Shown piece after piece: positions 8,600 to 18,914 of a DNA stretch of 32,000 bases. The notes under the pieces were generated by a model. It was not told the DNA's origin. It searched no databases and was given only the letters and a program-made list of their open reading frames with translations. Each line of letters opens with the position of its first letter. Position 1 is the stretch's first letter. The DNA is taken from assembly GCA_034530935.1 (NCBI GenBank), contig JAVRCF010000009.1, positions 57,013 through 89,012 on the forward strand, given 5' to 3'. Source of the DNA: Aulosira sp. DedQUE10 (GTDB taxonomy: Bacteria > Cyanobacteriota > Cyanobacteriia > Cyanobacteriales > Nostocaceae). The position numbers and the translations under genes are program-made.

Positions 8600-9004
8600 G
8601 ATCCATGCCTGCTGGAGAACTTGCTATATCCCAGCATTTATTTTACAGTTCCGTCAGGCGATCGCTAGGGAAGGGTTATCTATTGGTATGGAATTATTTC
8701 CTTTTAGCGGGAGTTACTGGGGTTGTGGGACTTCTAGAGAGTTGCTCACCGCACCATTGCACTCTCAATTTTTATGTTTCTCAACTTTGACTCTAAAAAT
8801 TTTTTAAAGGCGATTTTTCGCAAGTTATAGCCTTCACAGTACTTAACCGTATTTTTTATGGAATGATTGTATATTTTTAAATTTATGGCTGTGCCATAAA
8901 ATCACATCTTTCATTGAAAATAAATCAAGTTTAGTTAAGTAAACGCTAAAAACTATCAGTGTGTTTACTTGACAAAGCAACCATTATACTACCAAGTAAA
9001 AATT

Positions 9005-10468
9005 ATGGGACAAAACACTTCACGTCGCTCAATTTTACAAGGTTTGATTACCAGTGCAATTATTATCGGGTTTGATTTAACTACTCGTTCCTGGGTAACA
9101 TCTGCCAGTGCCACATCTGTTTTTGAAAGTTTACCTTCCTTAGATGGAGTGCTTTACACTGATAATGCAACACTTGCTGATGCCAGTATTGACTTTGGTA
9201 ATATCGTGCATCGTCAACCGATAGCAGTACTAAAACCAGGCTCAATTGAGGATATTGTTCAAGTTATTCAATTTGCTCGGACTCACAAGCTTAAGGTTGC
9301 CCCACGCGGTCAGGGTCACTCTACCTATGGTCAGTCACAAGTAGAAGCAGGCATTGTCATTGATTTAAGTACACTCAACAAGATTCATTTCATTGGTACA
9401 GACCGAGCGATTGTTGATGCTGGAGTGTTATGGAGTCAGTTATTGCAACAAACGCTTGTCCAGGGATTAACACCGCCTGTTCTTACCGATTACATCGAAC
9501 TTTCTGTTGGCGGTACTTTGTCAGTAGGGGGTATTGGTGGTGCAACTCATCGCTATGGTGTGCAAGTTGACAATGTTTTAGAACTGAAGGTAGTTACTGG
9601 TATTGGTCATCTCGAAACTTGTTCGCTGTTATACAATCGCAATCTATGGGAAGCAGTACTAGCAGGGCTAGGTCAATGTGGAATTATCGTACAGGCGACT
9701 ATTAAGCTAATTCCCGCCACTACGAATGCCCGTGTGTTTCAGTTGTATTATGACGATTTAGCTACTTTTACTCGTGACCAACGCGAAATTATAAATGATG
9801 AGCGCTTCAACTATGTAGAAGGTCAGTTAGTTTCTAATAATACTGGTGGATGGCGTTATCTGCTAGAAGCGGCTAGCTTTTACAGTCCTCCAAGCATACC
9901 TAATAACAGTTTGTTACTTGCAGGCTTAAACTACACTCGTGGTACAGAACAAATAGAGGATAAAACTTACTTTGATTTTCTCAACCGTTTAGCTCCTACA
10001 GTTGCCTTTCTCAAATCTATTGGTGTTTGGTCTTATCCTCATCCTTGGTTAAACCTGTTTGTGCCAGGTAATGCAGTTAACAGTTTTGTTGGTGAAGTTG
10101 CTGCCAACTTAACGCTAGCTGACACTGGTCAAGGCCCAATTCTGCTGTATCCAGTTAAAACTAAACGCTTCGGGCTACCCAATTTCCGGGTTCCAAAGCA
10201 GAAAGTTGTGTTTCTGTTTGCCATATTGCGAACAGCAGTACCACCAGATGATTCTGTAATTACAAAAATGCTCAATGATAATCGTAGACTCTTTGAGCAA
10301 AATCGTGATTTGGGTGGTTACCAATATCCTGTAAACGCCCTGTCCTTCTCCAAAAAAGATTGGCAGCAGCATTTTCATCCAGTTTGGGGAAATCTAGTAA
10401 GTGCAAAGCGACGTTACGATCCAGATAATTTACTAACGCCAAGTCAGTCCATTTTTTCAAACTTTTAG
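9005..10468 (+). CDS. FAD-linked oxidase of the cytokinin dehydrogenase (CKX)-like family with a twin-arginine signal peptide
   Basis: The track ORF starts at TTG 8969. I prefer the ATG at 9005, which gives MGQNTSRRSILQGLITSAIIIGF...ASA (SRRSIL Tat motif and an AxA site). APRGQGHSTYGQSQ is the GHS covalent-FAD motif of the PCMH/CKX family. YPHPWLNLFVP is the conserved motif of the CKX C-terminal domain. Confidence 0.8.
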   Translation: MGQNTSRRSILQGLITSAIIIGFDLTTRSWVTSASATSVFESLPSLDGVLYTDNATLADASIDFGNIVHRQPIAVLKPGSIEDIVQVIQFARTHKLKVAPRGQGHSTYGQSQVEAGIVIDLSTLNKIHFIGTDRAIVDAGVLWSQLLQQTLVQGLTPPVLTDYIELSVGGTLSVGGIGGATHRYGVQVDNVLELKVVTGIGHLETCSLLYNRNLWEAVLAGLGQCGIIVQATIKLIPATTNARVFQLYYDDLATFTRDQREIINDERFNYVEGQLVSNNTGGWRYLLEAASFYSPPSIPNNSLLLAGLNYTRGTEQIEDKTYFDFLNRLAPTVAFLKSIGVWSYPHPWLNLFVPGNAVNSFVGEVAANLTLADTGQGPILLYPVKTKRFGLPNFRVPKQKVVFLFAILRTAVPPDDSVITKMLNDNRRLFEQNRDLGGYQYPVNALSFSKKDWQQHFHPVWGNLVSAKRRYDPDNLLTPSQSIFSNF

Positions 10469-10577
10469 CCTAAACTTTTCCTCTCTAGAGAAGCAGCCCA
10501 GTAGAAGTAGTTGACAAAAAGTACAGTTTTTAAAGATGGCAAAAAACTCAAATTTTCAAGTAGACAAAGTTTAGTAA

Positions 10578-11111
10578 TTAAAGATTATTAACTATCCTCT
10601 GTTGATATTCCTGCTCTGTAATCATGTCTTGAGTACTTTCTAAGCGATCAACAAATACAATACCGTCGAGGTGATCGTATTCGTGTTGAAAAATCCGCGC
10701 TACAAAATCAGTTAATTCTTGTTGTTGTAATTCATCATTGCGGTCGGTATATTCAACTTGAATTGTCTGATATCTGGGAACTAAACCCCTAACTCCGGGA
10801 ACGCTTAAACAACCTTCCCAACCTTTAACGACTTCGGTAGAATGACCAATAATTCTCGGATTGATCATCGCTGTCGGTGCCATTTCTGGGGCGTTGGGAT
10901 ATCTGGGATTAGGACGGGAGGCCACAATGAATAAACGATAAGATTCTGCTATTTGCGGTGCAGCAATTCCTACACCGTTAGCTTGGGCAACTGTTGCCAT
11001 TAAATCTTCAATGAGGTTTTGCACAACCTCATCTTGAATATTATGAATTAAGGTAGCTTGTTGGCGCAGTATGGGATTACCTAATTGAATAATGGGAACT
11101 AATGCAGCCAT
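10578..11111 (-). CDS. def: Peptide deformylase
   Basis: The ORF encodes 177 aa. All three deformylase motifs are present: GVGIAAPQ, EGCLSVPG and HEYDHLDG. Confidence 0.95.
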   Translation of the reverse strand: MAALVPIIQLGNPILRQQATLIHNIQDEVVQNLIEDLMATVAQANGVGIAAPQIAESYRLFIVASRPNPRYPNAPEMAPTAMINPRIIGHSTEVVKGWEGCLSVPGVRGLVPRYQTIQVEYTDRNDELQQQELTDFVARIFQHEYDHLDGIVFVDRLESTQDMITEQEYQQRIVNNL

Positions 11112-11396
11112 CAGATACTCCTTTAAAAATAGTTAATTTTCAGCAAGTGTGATACATCTTGTTATTTAAATCGAGAAAAATCTACATAAATTGTTAGTTT
11201 TTATTTGGAGTTTCTTTCTCATAAAATTGATTTTAGCTAAATATTTATTTGTTATCTTTACTCTTCATTGAGCAGTATAGCAATCAGATTTTATTTTTAA
11301 AACACACGTATGAAGGTGGGAATTTGCAGCATCTCCCACCCTACAATACTTAGTGAGTAAAGGCTTACGGAGCATCAGGTGTGGGCTTGCACCTTT

Positions 11397-11473
11397 AATT
11401 ACTAATTACGTAGCTTCTTCTTGCCGTCCGCGTAGCATCTCGTAGATCAGGCGAGTATTACGAATTAGTAATT
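11397..11473. repeat. Small element bounded by imperfect inverted repeats (MITE-like), carrying a GCGTAGC.TCTCGTAGA core
   Basis: The left end is aattactaattacgta. The reverse complement of the right end is aattactaatt-cgtaata (11 perfect bp plus 5 after a 1-nt gap). The core gcgtagcatctcgtagatcagg resembles ggcgtagc(c/t)tctcgtagagaag at 22348 and 30133. Confidence 0.4.
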
Positions 11474-11496
11474 CAATTTTAAATTGTGAGGTTAAA

Positions 11497-12771
11497 TCAA
11501 TTTTCACGGCGCACTGGCAAAGGGGCAGGTTTAACTGCTACTTGAGTAACTTGCCCATTGCGTTCTACTTCCATTTGTAAAGGATTACCGATTTTGCTAT
11601 TTTCTACAAGCCTTTGCACATCTTCTATTTTGTTTACAGGCTGGTTATTAATACTATGAATCACATCACCGTTTTTCAGACCAGCATTAGCTGCGGGAGA
11701 GCGAGGGACTATATTAATCAATAAAACGCCTTTATCTGCTGTAAGATTAATGCGATCGCCTAATTCTTTGTTAATTCTTTCTCGGATTTCTGGTGTAAGC
11801 GTTACCATTTGTATACCTAAATAAGGATGATCAACCTTGCCGTTGGCAATTAACTCTTGAGCAATTCTTTGTGCAGTATTGACAGGAATGGCAAACCCCA
11901 AACCTTGAGCGCCACTGATAATTGCTGTGTTCATCCCAATCACTTGGCCACGTACATTCAACAATGGCCCGCCAGAGTTACCAGGGTTAATTGCTGCGTC
12001 AGTTTGAATATAATCAACACGCTTATCACTAGCACCAATGTCGCTGCTAGAGCGACCTGTAGCACTGATAATTCCAGATGTGACAGTATTGTTCAACCCC
12101 AAAGGATTACCAATGGCAATTACAGCCTCTCCTGGTTGTAAGGCATCGGAGTTACCTAAAGCTAGGGTTGGCAGGTTATTCGCCGGAATTTTAATCACAG
12201 CCACATCGGTTACTGGATCTTCTCCCAGCACTTTACCGTTAAAACTCCGACCATCTTTAAGTATGACGGTTACACTGTCAGCACCGTCTACTACGTGGGA
12301 ATTGGTCAAAATTTGACCAGAGGAGTTAATTATAAACCCGGAGCCACTACCTCGTTCTACCCGTTGTTGAGGCTGCGATGGCACTCTATCGCCAAAGAAC
12401 CGCCGGAAAAAAGGATCGTTAAATTCTTCTGGTGTCTGAGAAGTTATGGTTCGAGAAGAATCAATGCGAACCACAGCCGGTCCAACTTTTTGTACTACTC
12501 CCACTACAAAGTTAGGATCGCCAGAGGATGAAAAAATTGGCGGTGGCACAATTGCCGAATTAGGGTTAGTTGTATTTTGGGGTGCTACTTGTGACTGAGC
12601 ATCACTTTCTTGTGTATTAAAGGTCTTGCCAGGTAGAAGAGAGCAGCTTCCCAGGCATACCACTAAACTTACTTTCAATAGCATCGACATCATACTAGTT
12701 CTTTCCTGTCTTTTGGGTAAACCTTTGGTATCAATATCTTGGGCTGCACAGCTACTGTTGTTTATCTTCAT
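11497..12771 (-). CDS. HtrA/DegP-family periplasmic serine protease with a C-terminal PDZ domain
   Basis: The ORF encodes 424 aa. The catalytic triad contexts are [14 protein letters not shown] and GNSGGPLLN. The PDZ-like tail is [32 protein letters not shown]. The start is uncertain; the internal ATG at 12693 ([17 protein letters not shown]) gives a plausible signal or lipoprotein leader. Confidence 0.9.
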   Translation of the reverse strand: MKINNSSCAAQDIDTKGLPKRQERTSMMSMLLKVSLVVCLGSCSLLPGKTFNTQESDAQSQVAPQNTTNPNSAIVPPPIFSSSGDPNFVVGVVQKVGPAVVRIDSSRTITSQTPEEFNDPFFRRFFGDRVPSQPQQRVERGSGSGFIINSSGQILTNSHVVDGADSVTVILKDGRSFNGKVLGEDPVTDVAVIKIPANNLPTLALGNSDALQPGEAVIAIGNPLGLNNTVTSGIISATGRSSSDIGASDKRVDYIQTDAAINPGNSGGPLLNVRGQVIGMNTAIISGAQGLGFAIPVNTAQRIAQELIANGKVDHPYLGIQMVTLTPEIRERINKELGDRINLTADKGVLLINIVPRSPAANAGLKNGDVIHSINNQPVNKIEDVQRLVENSKIGNPLQMEVERNGQVTQVAVKPAPLPVRREN

Positions 12772-12940
12772 GTGTCTTTGCTTCTCCGTGTTAGTCAGTG
12801 GGTGGTAGGATGTTGCCTACCGGGTATGCCCCAAAATGATTACAACTTAAAAGCTTGTTCCAGGTCTAGAGCATGTGAATGCTAAATTGGTGCTTGCTTA
12901 TATCTTCTATTGTGACGATTAGCAGCAAAGGTGGTAGATA

Positions 12941-14311
12941 ATGGAAATTCCTATAGACAATTTGTGGAGTCAGGTACTAGAGCGCTTACAGCTAGAACTA
13001 TCCCGTCCCACCTTTGAAACTTGGATTAAAACTGCTAGTGCGGAGCGATTAGAAAATAATTGTTTGGTAGTCTGCACTCCTAATCCTTTTGCGCGTAATT
13101 GGTTACAGAAGTATTACATAAATACGATCGCTCATGTCGTGCAAGATATTCTCGGACATCCTGTAGAAATTTACATTACCGTTGCTCAGGGTAATGAAAT
13201 GTCTCCAATGCATGAGAGCGAAGCGCCTTGGGAATTATCAACCCCAACTACTATTCCGGAAAGTCTTCCTAAAACCAGGCAAAAAAACCATGAATTAAAT
13301 GCGAAGTATGTATTTTCACGCTTTGTAGTTGGTGCTAACAATCGGATGGCTCATGCTGCATCATTAGCGGTTGCTGAATCTCCTGGTAGGGAGTTTAATC
13401 CCTTGTTTTTATGCGGTGGTGTGGGTTTAGGTAAAACGCACCTCATGCAGGCTATTGGTCATTATCGCTGGGAAATTCGTTCTGATTCTAAAATATTTTA
13501 TGTTTCAACTGAGCAGTTTACTAATGATTTAATTACAGCAATCCGTAAGGATAGTATGCAAAGTTTTCGAGAGCATTATCGGGCTGCTGATATCTTGTTA
13601 GTAGATGATATTCAGTTTCTTGAAGGGAAAGAGTATACCCAAGAAGAGTTTTTTCATACTTTTAATACTTTACATGAAGCTGGCAAGCAAGTTGTCATCG
13701 CCTCAGACCGCCCTCCAAACCAAATTCCTCGCCTTCAGGAAAGACTTTGTTCCCGGTTTTCTATGGGGTTAATTGCTGACATACAACCGCCAAATTTAGA
13801 AACGAGGATGGCAATTCTCCAGAAAAAGGCGGAATACGAAAATATTCGCCTTTCTACAGATGTAATTGAGTATATTGCCTCTAATTACACTTCTAATATT
13901 CGGGAATTGGAAGGAGCTTTAATTCGGGCAGTTGCTTATATCTCTATTTGGGGTTTGCCTATGACAGTAGAAAGTATTGCCCCAGTCCTAGAAAGCCCCA
14001 GGGAGAAAGTAGCCGCTACCCCAGAGGTAATTTTAAAGGTTGTTGCTGAAAATTTTGATGTTCCAATTGAAGACCTGAAAAGCAACTCACGGCGCAGAGA
14101 AATTAGCTGGGCACGTCAAATAGGTATGTATCTAATGCGGCAACATACCCCTCTGAGTTTGCCGAGAATTGGAGAAGAATTTGGTGGTAAAGATCATACA
14201 ACGGTCATCTATAGTTGTGACAAAATTGCCCAACTTCTCCAAAGCGATCGCACTTTAGCAAATACCCTCCGTCAACTGAGCGATCGCATCAATATGAATA
14301 GTCGTTCCTAA
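12941..14311 (+). CDS. dnaA: Chromosomal replication initiator protein DnaA
   Basis: The ORF encodes 456 aa. It has the Walker [11 protein letters not shown], Walker [11 protein letters not shown], sensor region [10 protein letters not shown] and the C-terminal DNA-binding domain RQIGMYLMR...[15 protein letters not shown]. Confidence 0.97.
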   Translation: MEIPIDNLWSQVLERLQLELSRPTFETWIKTASAERLENNCLVVCTPNPFARNWLQKYYINTIAHVVQDILGHPVEIYITVAQGNEMSPMHESEAPWELSTPTTIPESLPKTRQKNHELNAKYVFSRFVVGANNRMAHAASLAVAESPGREFNPLFLCGGVGLGKTHLMQAIGHYRWEIRSDSKIFYVSTEQFTNDLITAIRKDSMQSFREHYRAADILLVDDIQFLEGKEYTQEEFFHTFNTLHEAGKQVVIASDRPPNQIPRLQERLCSRFSMGLIADIQPPNLETRMAILQKKAEYENIRLSTDVIEYIASNYTSNIRELEGALIRAVAYISIWGLPMTVESIAPVLESPREKVAATPEVILKVVAENFDVPIEDLKSNSRRREISWARQIGMYLMRQHTPLSLPRIGEEFGGKDHTTVIYSCDKIAQLLQSDRTLANTLRQLSDRINMNSRS

Positions 14312-14488
14312 AAGTCCACGCTCAACTTTACTTACCGTTTTCTACAGGCATGGCTATTGCTTGTCCCTTTTACAGTCGAGTATTAAGCTAAGTATAAAAA
14401 TCTATTAAAATTTAATTAGTGATAATTCCTGCATCTGTGCAAAAACCACAAAATCTTCTTTCCCCCTTGCCCCTGCCCCCCTACTCTC

Positions 14489-16273
14489 TTACATAGTTGT
14501 AGCTGCACCCAACTGGAGAGCATAAAGGTTTGCGTAAACACCTCGTTGGGCAATCAGTTCTGCATGAGTTCCCCGTTCGACAATTTGCCCTTGCTGAATC
14601 ACTAACACCTGGGAAGCCTGAGTAACAGTACTGAGGCGGTGAGCAATTACGAAACTGGTACGACCTTGTAGCAAACGAGCGATCGCAGTTTGTACTAGTG
14701 CTTCGGTGCGGGTATCTATACTGCTGGTAGCTTCATCGAGAATCAAAATTCGCGGGTTAATCAACACCGCACGGGCAATACTAATCAGTTGCCGTTGTCC
14801 CTGACTTAAAGGCGCACCTCGTTCGCCTAATTGAGTGCTGTAACCCTGAGACAATGAGGTGATGAACTCATGCACATTCGCCATTTGTGCAGCGGCTTCG
14901 ATATCTGCTTGGGTAGCTTGTGGAGAGCCAAAGGCAATATTCTCAGCAACAGTCCCGCTAAATAAAATATTATCTTGCAGGACAATGCCAATTTGACGGC
15001 GCAGACTAGCTTGCGTAACACTACGCACATCAATGTCATCAATTTTTACTGCACCATCAGAGACATCATAAAAACGCAATATCAGGTTAATAATTGTCGT
15101 TTTGCCAGAGCCGGTTGGCCCGACTAATGCCACCATTTGCCCTGGATAAGCTTGTAAATTCACACCTTTAAGCACCATTTGCTCTGGGTTATAGCCAAAC
15201 TTGACATTCTCAAAAGTCACCTCTCCTTGAATTGCTGGCATTTCGGTGGCATCGGCTGCATCTTTAAGTTGCGATGGTTCATCCAACAGCAAGAAAATTC
15301 GTTCTAACCCCGCAAAGGCAGACTGAGCTTGGGTGTAAAACTGACTAAGAATTTGGATAGGGCGAAAAAACTGCTGTACATAAAGTAAAAATGATGTCAC
15401 TACACCAACTGTTGCGCCTCCAGTGACGGCAAGATAGCCACCATAAGCCAGTACACCTGCGGTTGCTATGGTATTGAGAAAATCGATAGATGGTAAAAAG
15501 GCCGCAGTAATTGCTACAGCCTCGACATTGGCATCTCGATTGGCAGCGTTGAGAATGTCGAATTCGGCGATGTTGAGATGTACACGATTAAATGCCTGAG
15601 CTTCGCGTACACTGCCGATATCTTCTTCCAATTTGGCGGAAAGTTCGCCGATTGTTTGTCTTGTCACACGAAATCTATCTCTTGCCCAACGTGCAAACAA
15701 GCTTGTGGTCAAAATCATGACTGGTACAACTAGGTTGCTCAACAAGCCGAGTTGCAGGTTGATCGAAAGCATCGCAATCACAATGCCCACCAAACTGAAA
15801 GTGTTACCCAGCATTTGGGCGATTGTTTGTCCAAATGCCTGATTTACAGTGTTGACATCATTCAGCAGACGGCTCATTAAATCACCAGCTTCACTGCGGT
15901 CAAAAAAACTCAGTGGTAAACTCTGGATTTTCGTAAAAATGTCTTGTCTGAGTTGAGCCAGCAATCGCTGCATAATCCAGCCGACTCGCAGAATTTGACC
16001 CCGAATTGCCCAGACACCAAGCCCATAGATTAGCCCTAATAGCCCTAGTAGCAGTAGCAATCCTGACAAATTACCCTGTGCAATTAGGTGATCAATTGAC
16101 CAACCAAGTAAGAATGGCCCGATCGCCTGGGTTGATGCACCAATTAGAACTAATGTCAAGGCAATGGGAATTTCTTTACGGTAGGGTCGCAAGTATTGTA
16201 AGAAGCGCCGCAAGGTGGAGAGTTGCTGAGTTGCTTGTTGCTCAGGTGCAACAACTGGGCCGATACCTCTCAT
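14489..16273 (-). CDS. ABC exporter half-transporter (TMD-NBD), the subunit with a consensus Walker B/H-loop and a non-canonical signature
   Basis: The ORF encodes 594 aa. Motifs are Walker A GPTGSGKTT, signature LSQGQRQ (G to Q), Walker B ILILDEATSSID with the catalytic Glu, and H-loop AHRLSTV. Confidence 0.92.
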   Translation of the reverse strand: MRGIGPVVAPEQQATQQLSTLRRFLQYLRPYRKEIPIALTLVLIGASTQAIGPFLLGWSIDHLIAQGNLSGLLLLLGLLGLIYGLGVWAIRGQILRVGWIMQRLLAQLRQDIFTKIQSLPLSFFDRSEAGDLMSRLLNDVNTVNQAFGQTIAQMLGNTFSLVGIVIAMLSINLQLGLLSNLVVPVMILTTSLFARWARDRFRVTRQTIGELSAKLEEDIGSVREAQAFNRVHLNIAEFDILNAANRDANVEAVAITAAFLPSIDFLNTIATAGVLAYGGYLAVTGGATVGVVTSFLLYVQQFFRPIQILSQFYTQAQSAFAGLERIFLLLDEPSQLKDAADATEMPAIQGEVTFENVKFGYNPEQMVLKGVNLQAYPGQMVALVGPTGSGKTTIINLILRFYDVSDGAVKIDDIDVRSVTQASLRRQIGIVLQDNILFSGTVAENIAFGSPQATQADIEAAAQMANVHEFITSLSQGYSTQLGERGAPLSQGQRQLISIARAVLINPRILILDEATSSIDTRTEALVQTAIARLLQGRTSFVIAHRLSTVTQASQVLVIQQGQIVERGTHAELIAQRGVYANLYALQLGAATTM

Positions 16274-16277
16274 AATA

Positions 16278-16308
16278 ATTTTAGATTTTAGATTTTGGAT
16301 TTTAGATT
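16278..16308. repeat. Heptamer tandem repeat (TTTTAGA-like, 4 units) in the spacer between the two ABC genes
   Basis: The sequence aattttagattttagattttggattttagatt lies within the 95-bp intergenic spacer. Confidence 0.8.
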
Positions 16309-16368
16309 AAAAGTCTTGATCGCAAAGCTATTACAGGCATCTCAAATATTATTTGTATTAAGTTGGTA

Positions 16369-18144
16369 TCATTTGTTCTCCTTCGTGACTTGAGATTCTA
16401 AAATCACACCGTAAAGTGGACTGGTTTGCATCAATTGTTCATGGGTTCCTTGAGCTACCAACTGTCCTTTATCGATCAAAAAAATCCGATCGGCATTCTT
16501 GACTGTACTAATGCGTTGAGCCACAACAAAAGTTATACAGGCTTTTCGGCGCATAAGGTTATCGAGTTCGGCTTGAATTTGCGCCGCAGTTTTGGCATCT
16601 ACAGCAGAAGTACTGTCATCCAAAATCAGAATACTGTAATCGGTTAGTAAGGTACGGGCGATCGCTATCCGTTGCTTTTGCCCTCCAGATAAACCAATAC
16701 CCCGTTCCCCCACAATCGTCTCGTAGCCATCGGGTAAATCGGCTATGAAATCATGGATTTGGGCAGTTTTTGCTACCTCAATCACCTCTTTCAAGCTGGC
16801 ATTGGGTTTTGCGTAAGCGATATTCTCGCGGAGGGTGCCAGAGAATAAGGTGGTTTCTTGAAATACAATCCCAATATGCGCTCTCAGACTCTTGAGTGTA
16901 AAATCCCGCACATCCCGACCGTCAATGCGAATTGCGCCGTTTGTGACATCGTAAAAGCGGGGAATCAAGTTCATCACCGTGCTTTTGCCGGAACCTGTCA
17001 TTCCTAAAACGGCGATTAGCTCGTTACGCTTGGTTTCAAAAGAAACATTCACTAAGGCTGCGGTTGTGGCTCCCGGATAACGAAAGGAGACATTTTCAAA
17101 GGTGATTCTACCGCCACAAGAATTAAACTCAATGGCATTGGGGCGATCGCGAATTTCTACCTCAGCATCTACTACTTCGTAAACTCGTTGAGCCGAAGCA
17201 GCAGCAGAGGCGATCGCGGGTGCGGCAAATCCAATCAGTAAAATTGGTTGGAGTATCAACACCAGGTAGGAGTTAAATGCTACTAGTTCCCCAATCGAGA
17301 ACCGATTACCAATTACCTGTGCCCCCCCATAGGCAAAAACTGCCAAAGTCACTAAATTACTCAGCAAAAATATAAATGGGAAGGTATTATGGATGGCATG
17401 AATGGTCTTCATGTTGGCTGTGACGAGGGCATCATTTAGTCCTGTGTAACGTGACCTTTCAGCAGACTCCCGCACGAAAGCTTTGACTACCCTAATCCCC
17501 AACAGATTTTCTTGTAATACCGCATTCAGGTCACTCAGCTGTTCTTGTACCTGGCGGAACAATCGATCATTGCGGGTAATGAATTGTGCCATTAACCATC
17601 CTGACATCGGCACTACTGTTAAGGTAATTAATGCTAACCGCCAGTTCATTACCAGCAGAATTACCGCAATAGTGACCAATGTTACCACTGCACCAATTAC
17701 CTGAATCAGGCTAGTGCCAATAAATGTGCGGATTTGTTCAATGTCACTGGTAACGCGAGTTAGCAGTTGGGAAGTTTGCGCCTTGTCATGATAGCTAAAA
17801 CTGAGATTTTGAATTTTGCTAAAAATTTTGTTTCGTAAATCATAGGCCACACCTTGAGAAGCCGCCTCTGCCCAATAACTTTGGCCAAAATTAAACAAAC
17901 CGCGAGCGATCGCCGCGGCTACCATCCATGCAGCACTATAAAGTACTATTTGTAAGTTTTGCTGGATAATGCCTTGATCAAGTCCCCAGCGAAATAATTG
18001 CGGGGTAACTGCATTCGCAACTGTCAAAAGTAAGAGACTTAACAAAGCTCCTAAGGAAATCCATTGATAATTGCTCAAGCTCCCCAGCACACGTTGGATT
18101 GCTTGCATCGACGAATTTTCTGTGAGTTCTGATTGTGGTAGCAA
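16369..18144 (-). CDS. ABC exporter half-transporter (TMD-NBD), the subunit with a degenerate Walker B/H-loop and a canonical signature
   Basis: The ORF encodes 591 aa. Motifs are Walker A GMTGSGKST, signature LSGGQKQRIAIAR, Walker B ILILDDSTSAVD (Asp replaces the catalytic Glu) and H-loop AQRISTV (Gln replaces His). The track start is a TTG at 18144; an alternative ATG at 18108 gives MQAIQRV. Confidence 0.92.
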   Translation of the reverse strand: MLPQSELTENSSMQAIQRVLGSLSNYQWISLGALLSLLLLTVANAVTPQLFRWGLDQGIIQQNLQIVLYSAAWMVAAAIARGLFNFGQSYWAEAASQGVAYDLRNKIFSKIQNLSFSYHDKAQTSQLLTRVTSDIEQIRTFIGTSLIQVIGAVVTLVTIAVILLVMNWRLALITLTVVPMSGWLMAQFITRNDRLFRQVQEQLSDLNAVLQENLLGIRVVKAFVRESAERSRYTGLNDALVTANMKTIHAIHNTFPFIFLLSNLVTLAVFAYGGAQVIGNRFSIGELVAFNSYLVLILQPILLIGFAAPAIASAAASAQRVYEVVDAEVEIRDRPNAIEFNSCGGRITFENVSFRYPGATTAALVNVSFETKRNELIAVLGMTGSGKSTVMNLIPRFYDVTNGAIRIDGRDVRDFTLKSLRAHIGIVFQETTLFSGTLRENIAYAKPNASLKEVIEVAKTAQIHDFIADLPDGYETIVGERGIGLSGGQKQRIAIARTLLTDYSILILDDSTSAVDAKTAAQIQAELDNLMRRKACITFVVAQRISTVKNADRIFLIDKGQLVAQGTHEQLMQTSPLYGVILESQVTKENK

Positions 18145-18320
18145 TGAAATTCACCCTTGTATCTTTAAAAGATTATCTCGCATATAGCAATGCTTTTAGG
18201 AGTTGCGAAATTACTTGTTGAGATAGAAAACTTTTAACTCTTAACAGGTAAGAAGGTGACGTGTACTTGGTTTTTTCACAAATCAAATAGGACGGCTATA
18301 GCGATGCCTGGTTGGGCTAC

Positions 18321-18580
18321 GCCTACGCATTTGTTATTTCGGCGTACTCATTTGTTATTTCGGCGTACTCATTTGTTATTTCGGGGAACCCATTTGTTAT
18401 TTCGGCGTACTCATTTGCTATTTCGGGGAACCCATTTGCTATTTCGGCGTACTCATTTGCTATTTCGGCGTACTCATTTGCTATTTCGGCGTACTCATTT
18501 GTTATTTCGGCGTACTCATTTGCTATTTCGGCGAACTCATTTGTTACTTCGGCGTACTCATTTGTTATTTCGGCGAGTCC
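18321..18580 (+). repeat. Spacerless tandem array B, 21-bp unit, 12 full units plus a partial one
   Basis: Units are phased from 18321. The types are gcgtactcatttgttatttcg, gggaacccatttgttatttcg, gcgtactcatttgctatttcg and gcgaactcatttgttacttcg. Variation is confined to a few positions, with the first heptamer switching between gcgtact and gggaacc. Confidence 0.9.
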
Positions 18581-18710
18581 ATAACACACCCCACGAAATT
18601 ACTAGAAGAGTTGAAACCTATGCTGGTTATACTTGTGTGTACACCGTAGCCTTAAAAAGGAGGGTTAGGGAGCAAGCCTTTTTAAGGACTTTCAGAAAAT
18701 AAATTATGCA

Positions 18711-18914
18711 ATGAGTCAGAGCAAATATCATCATGGAATTCTTCCTCCAATCAAAAAGTATGGCGGCACGACGATTGCTCAAGATGAAAGTACTTCGGAG
18801 TACTTCGATATGCCTTCAGCAGCTATTGACACCGGGAAAGTAGATTCCGTTCTGACTCCAGAGGCGATTGCCAAGAGCTTGAGCAGCCTAGTAATGACGG
18901 AATTAGTAGCATAA
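18711..18914 (+). pseudogene. C-terminal remnant of a CheB-type protein-glutamate methylesterase domain
   Basis: The 67-aa ORF contains GGTTIAQDESTSEYFDMPSAAIDTGKVDSVLTPEAIA. This matches the last ~50 residues of CheB catalytic domains (GG.TIAQDE.TS...GMP..AI..G.VD.VLPL..IA). No upstream catalytic Ser/His/Asp region is present, because array B lies there. Confidence 0.65.

Noticed and set aside
8580-8807. Track ORFs 8580..8807 and 8605..8790 in the dhaK/CKX divergent intergenic region.
   Set aside because: They are short, mutually overlapping, have non-ATG starts and hydrophobic or odd composition, and one overlaps the dhaK start. They are most likely promoter-region noise.
12772-12940. oriC or a DnaA-box cluster next to dnaA (also examined 14312-14488 and the AT-rich 21195-21870 region).
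   Set aside because: I found no cluster of TTATCCACA or TTTTCCACA-type boxes. There are only isolated near-matches (tgtggatac at about 21258, ttatccacg at about 21900). dnaA-unlinked origins are common in cyanobacteria. A proper position-weight scan and GC-skew analysis on the full genome are needed.
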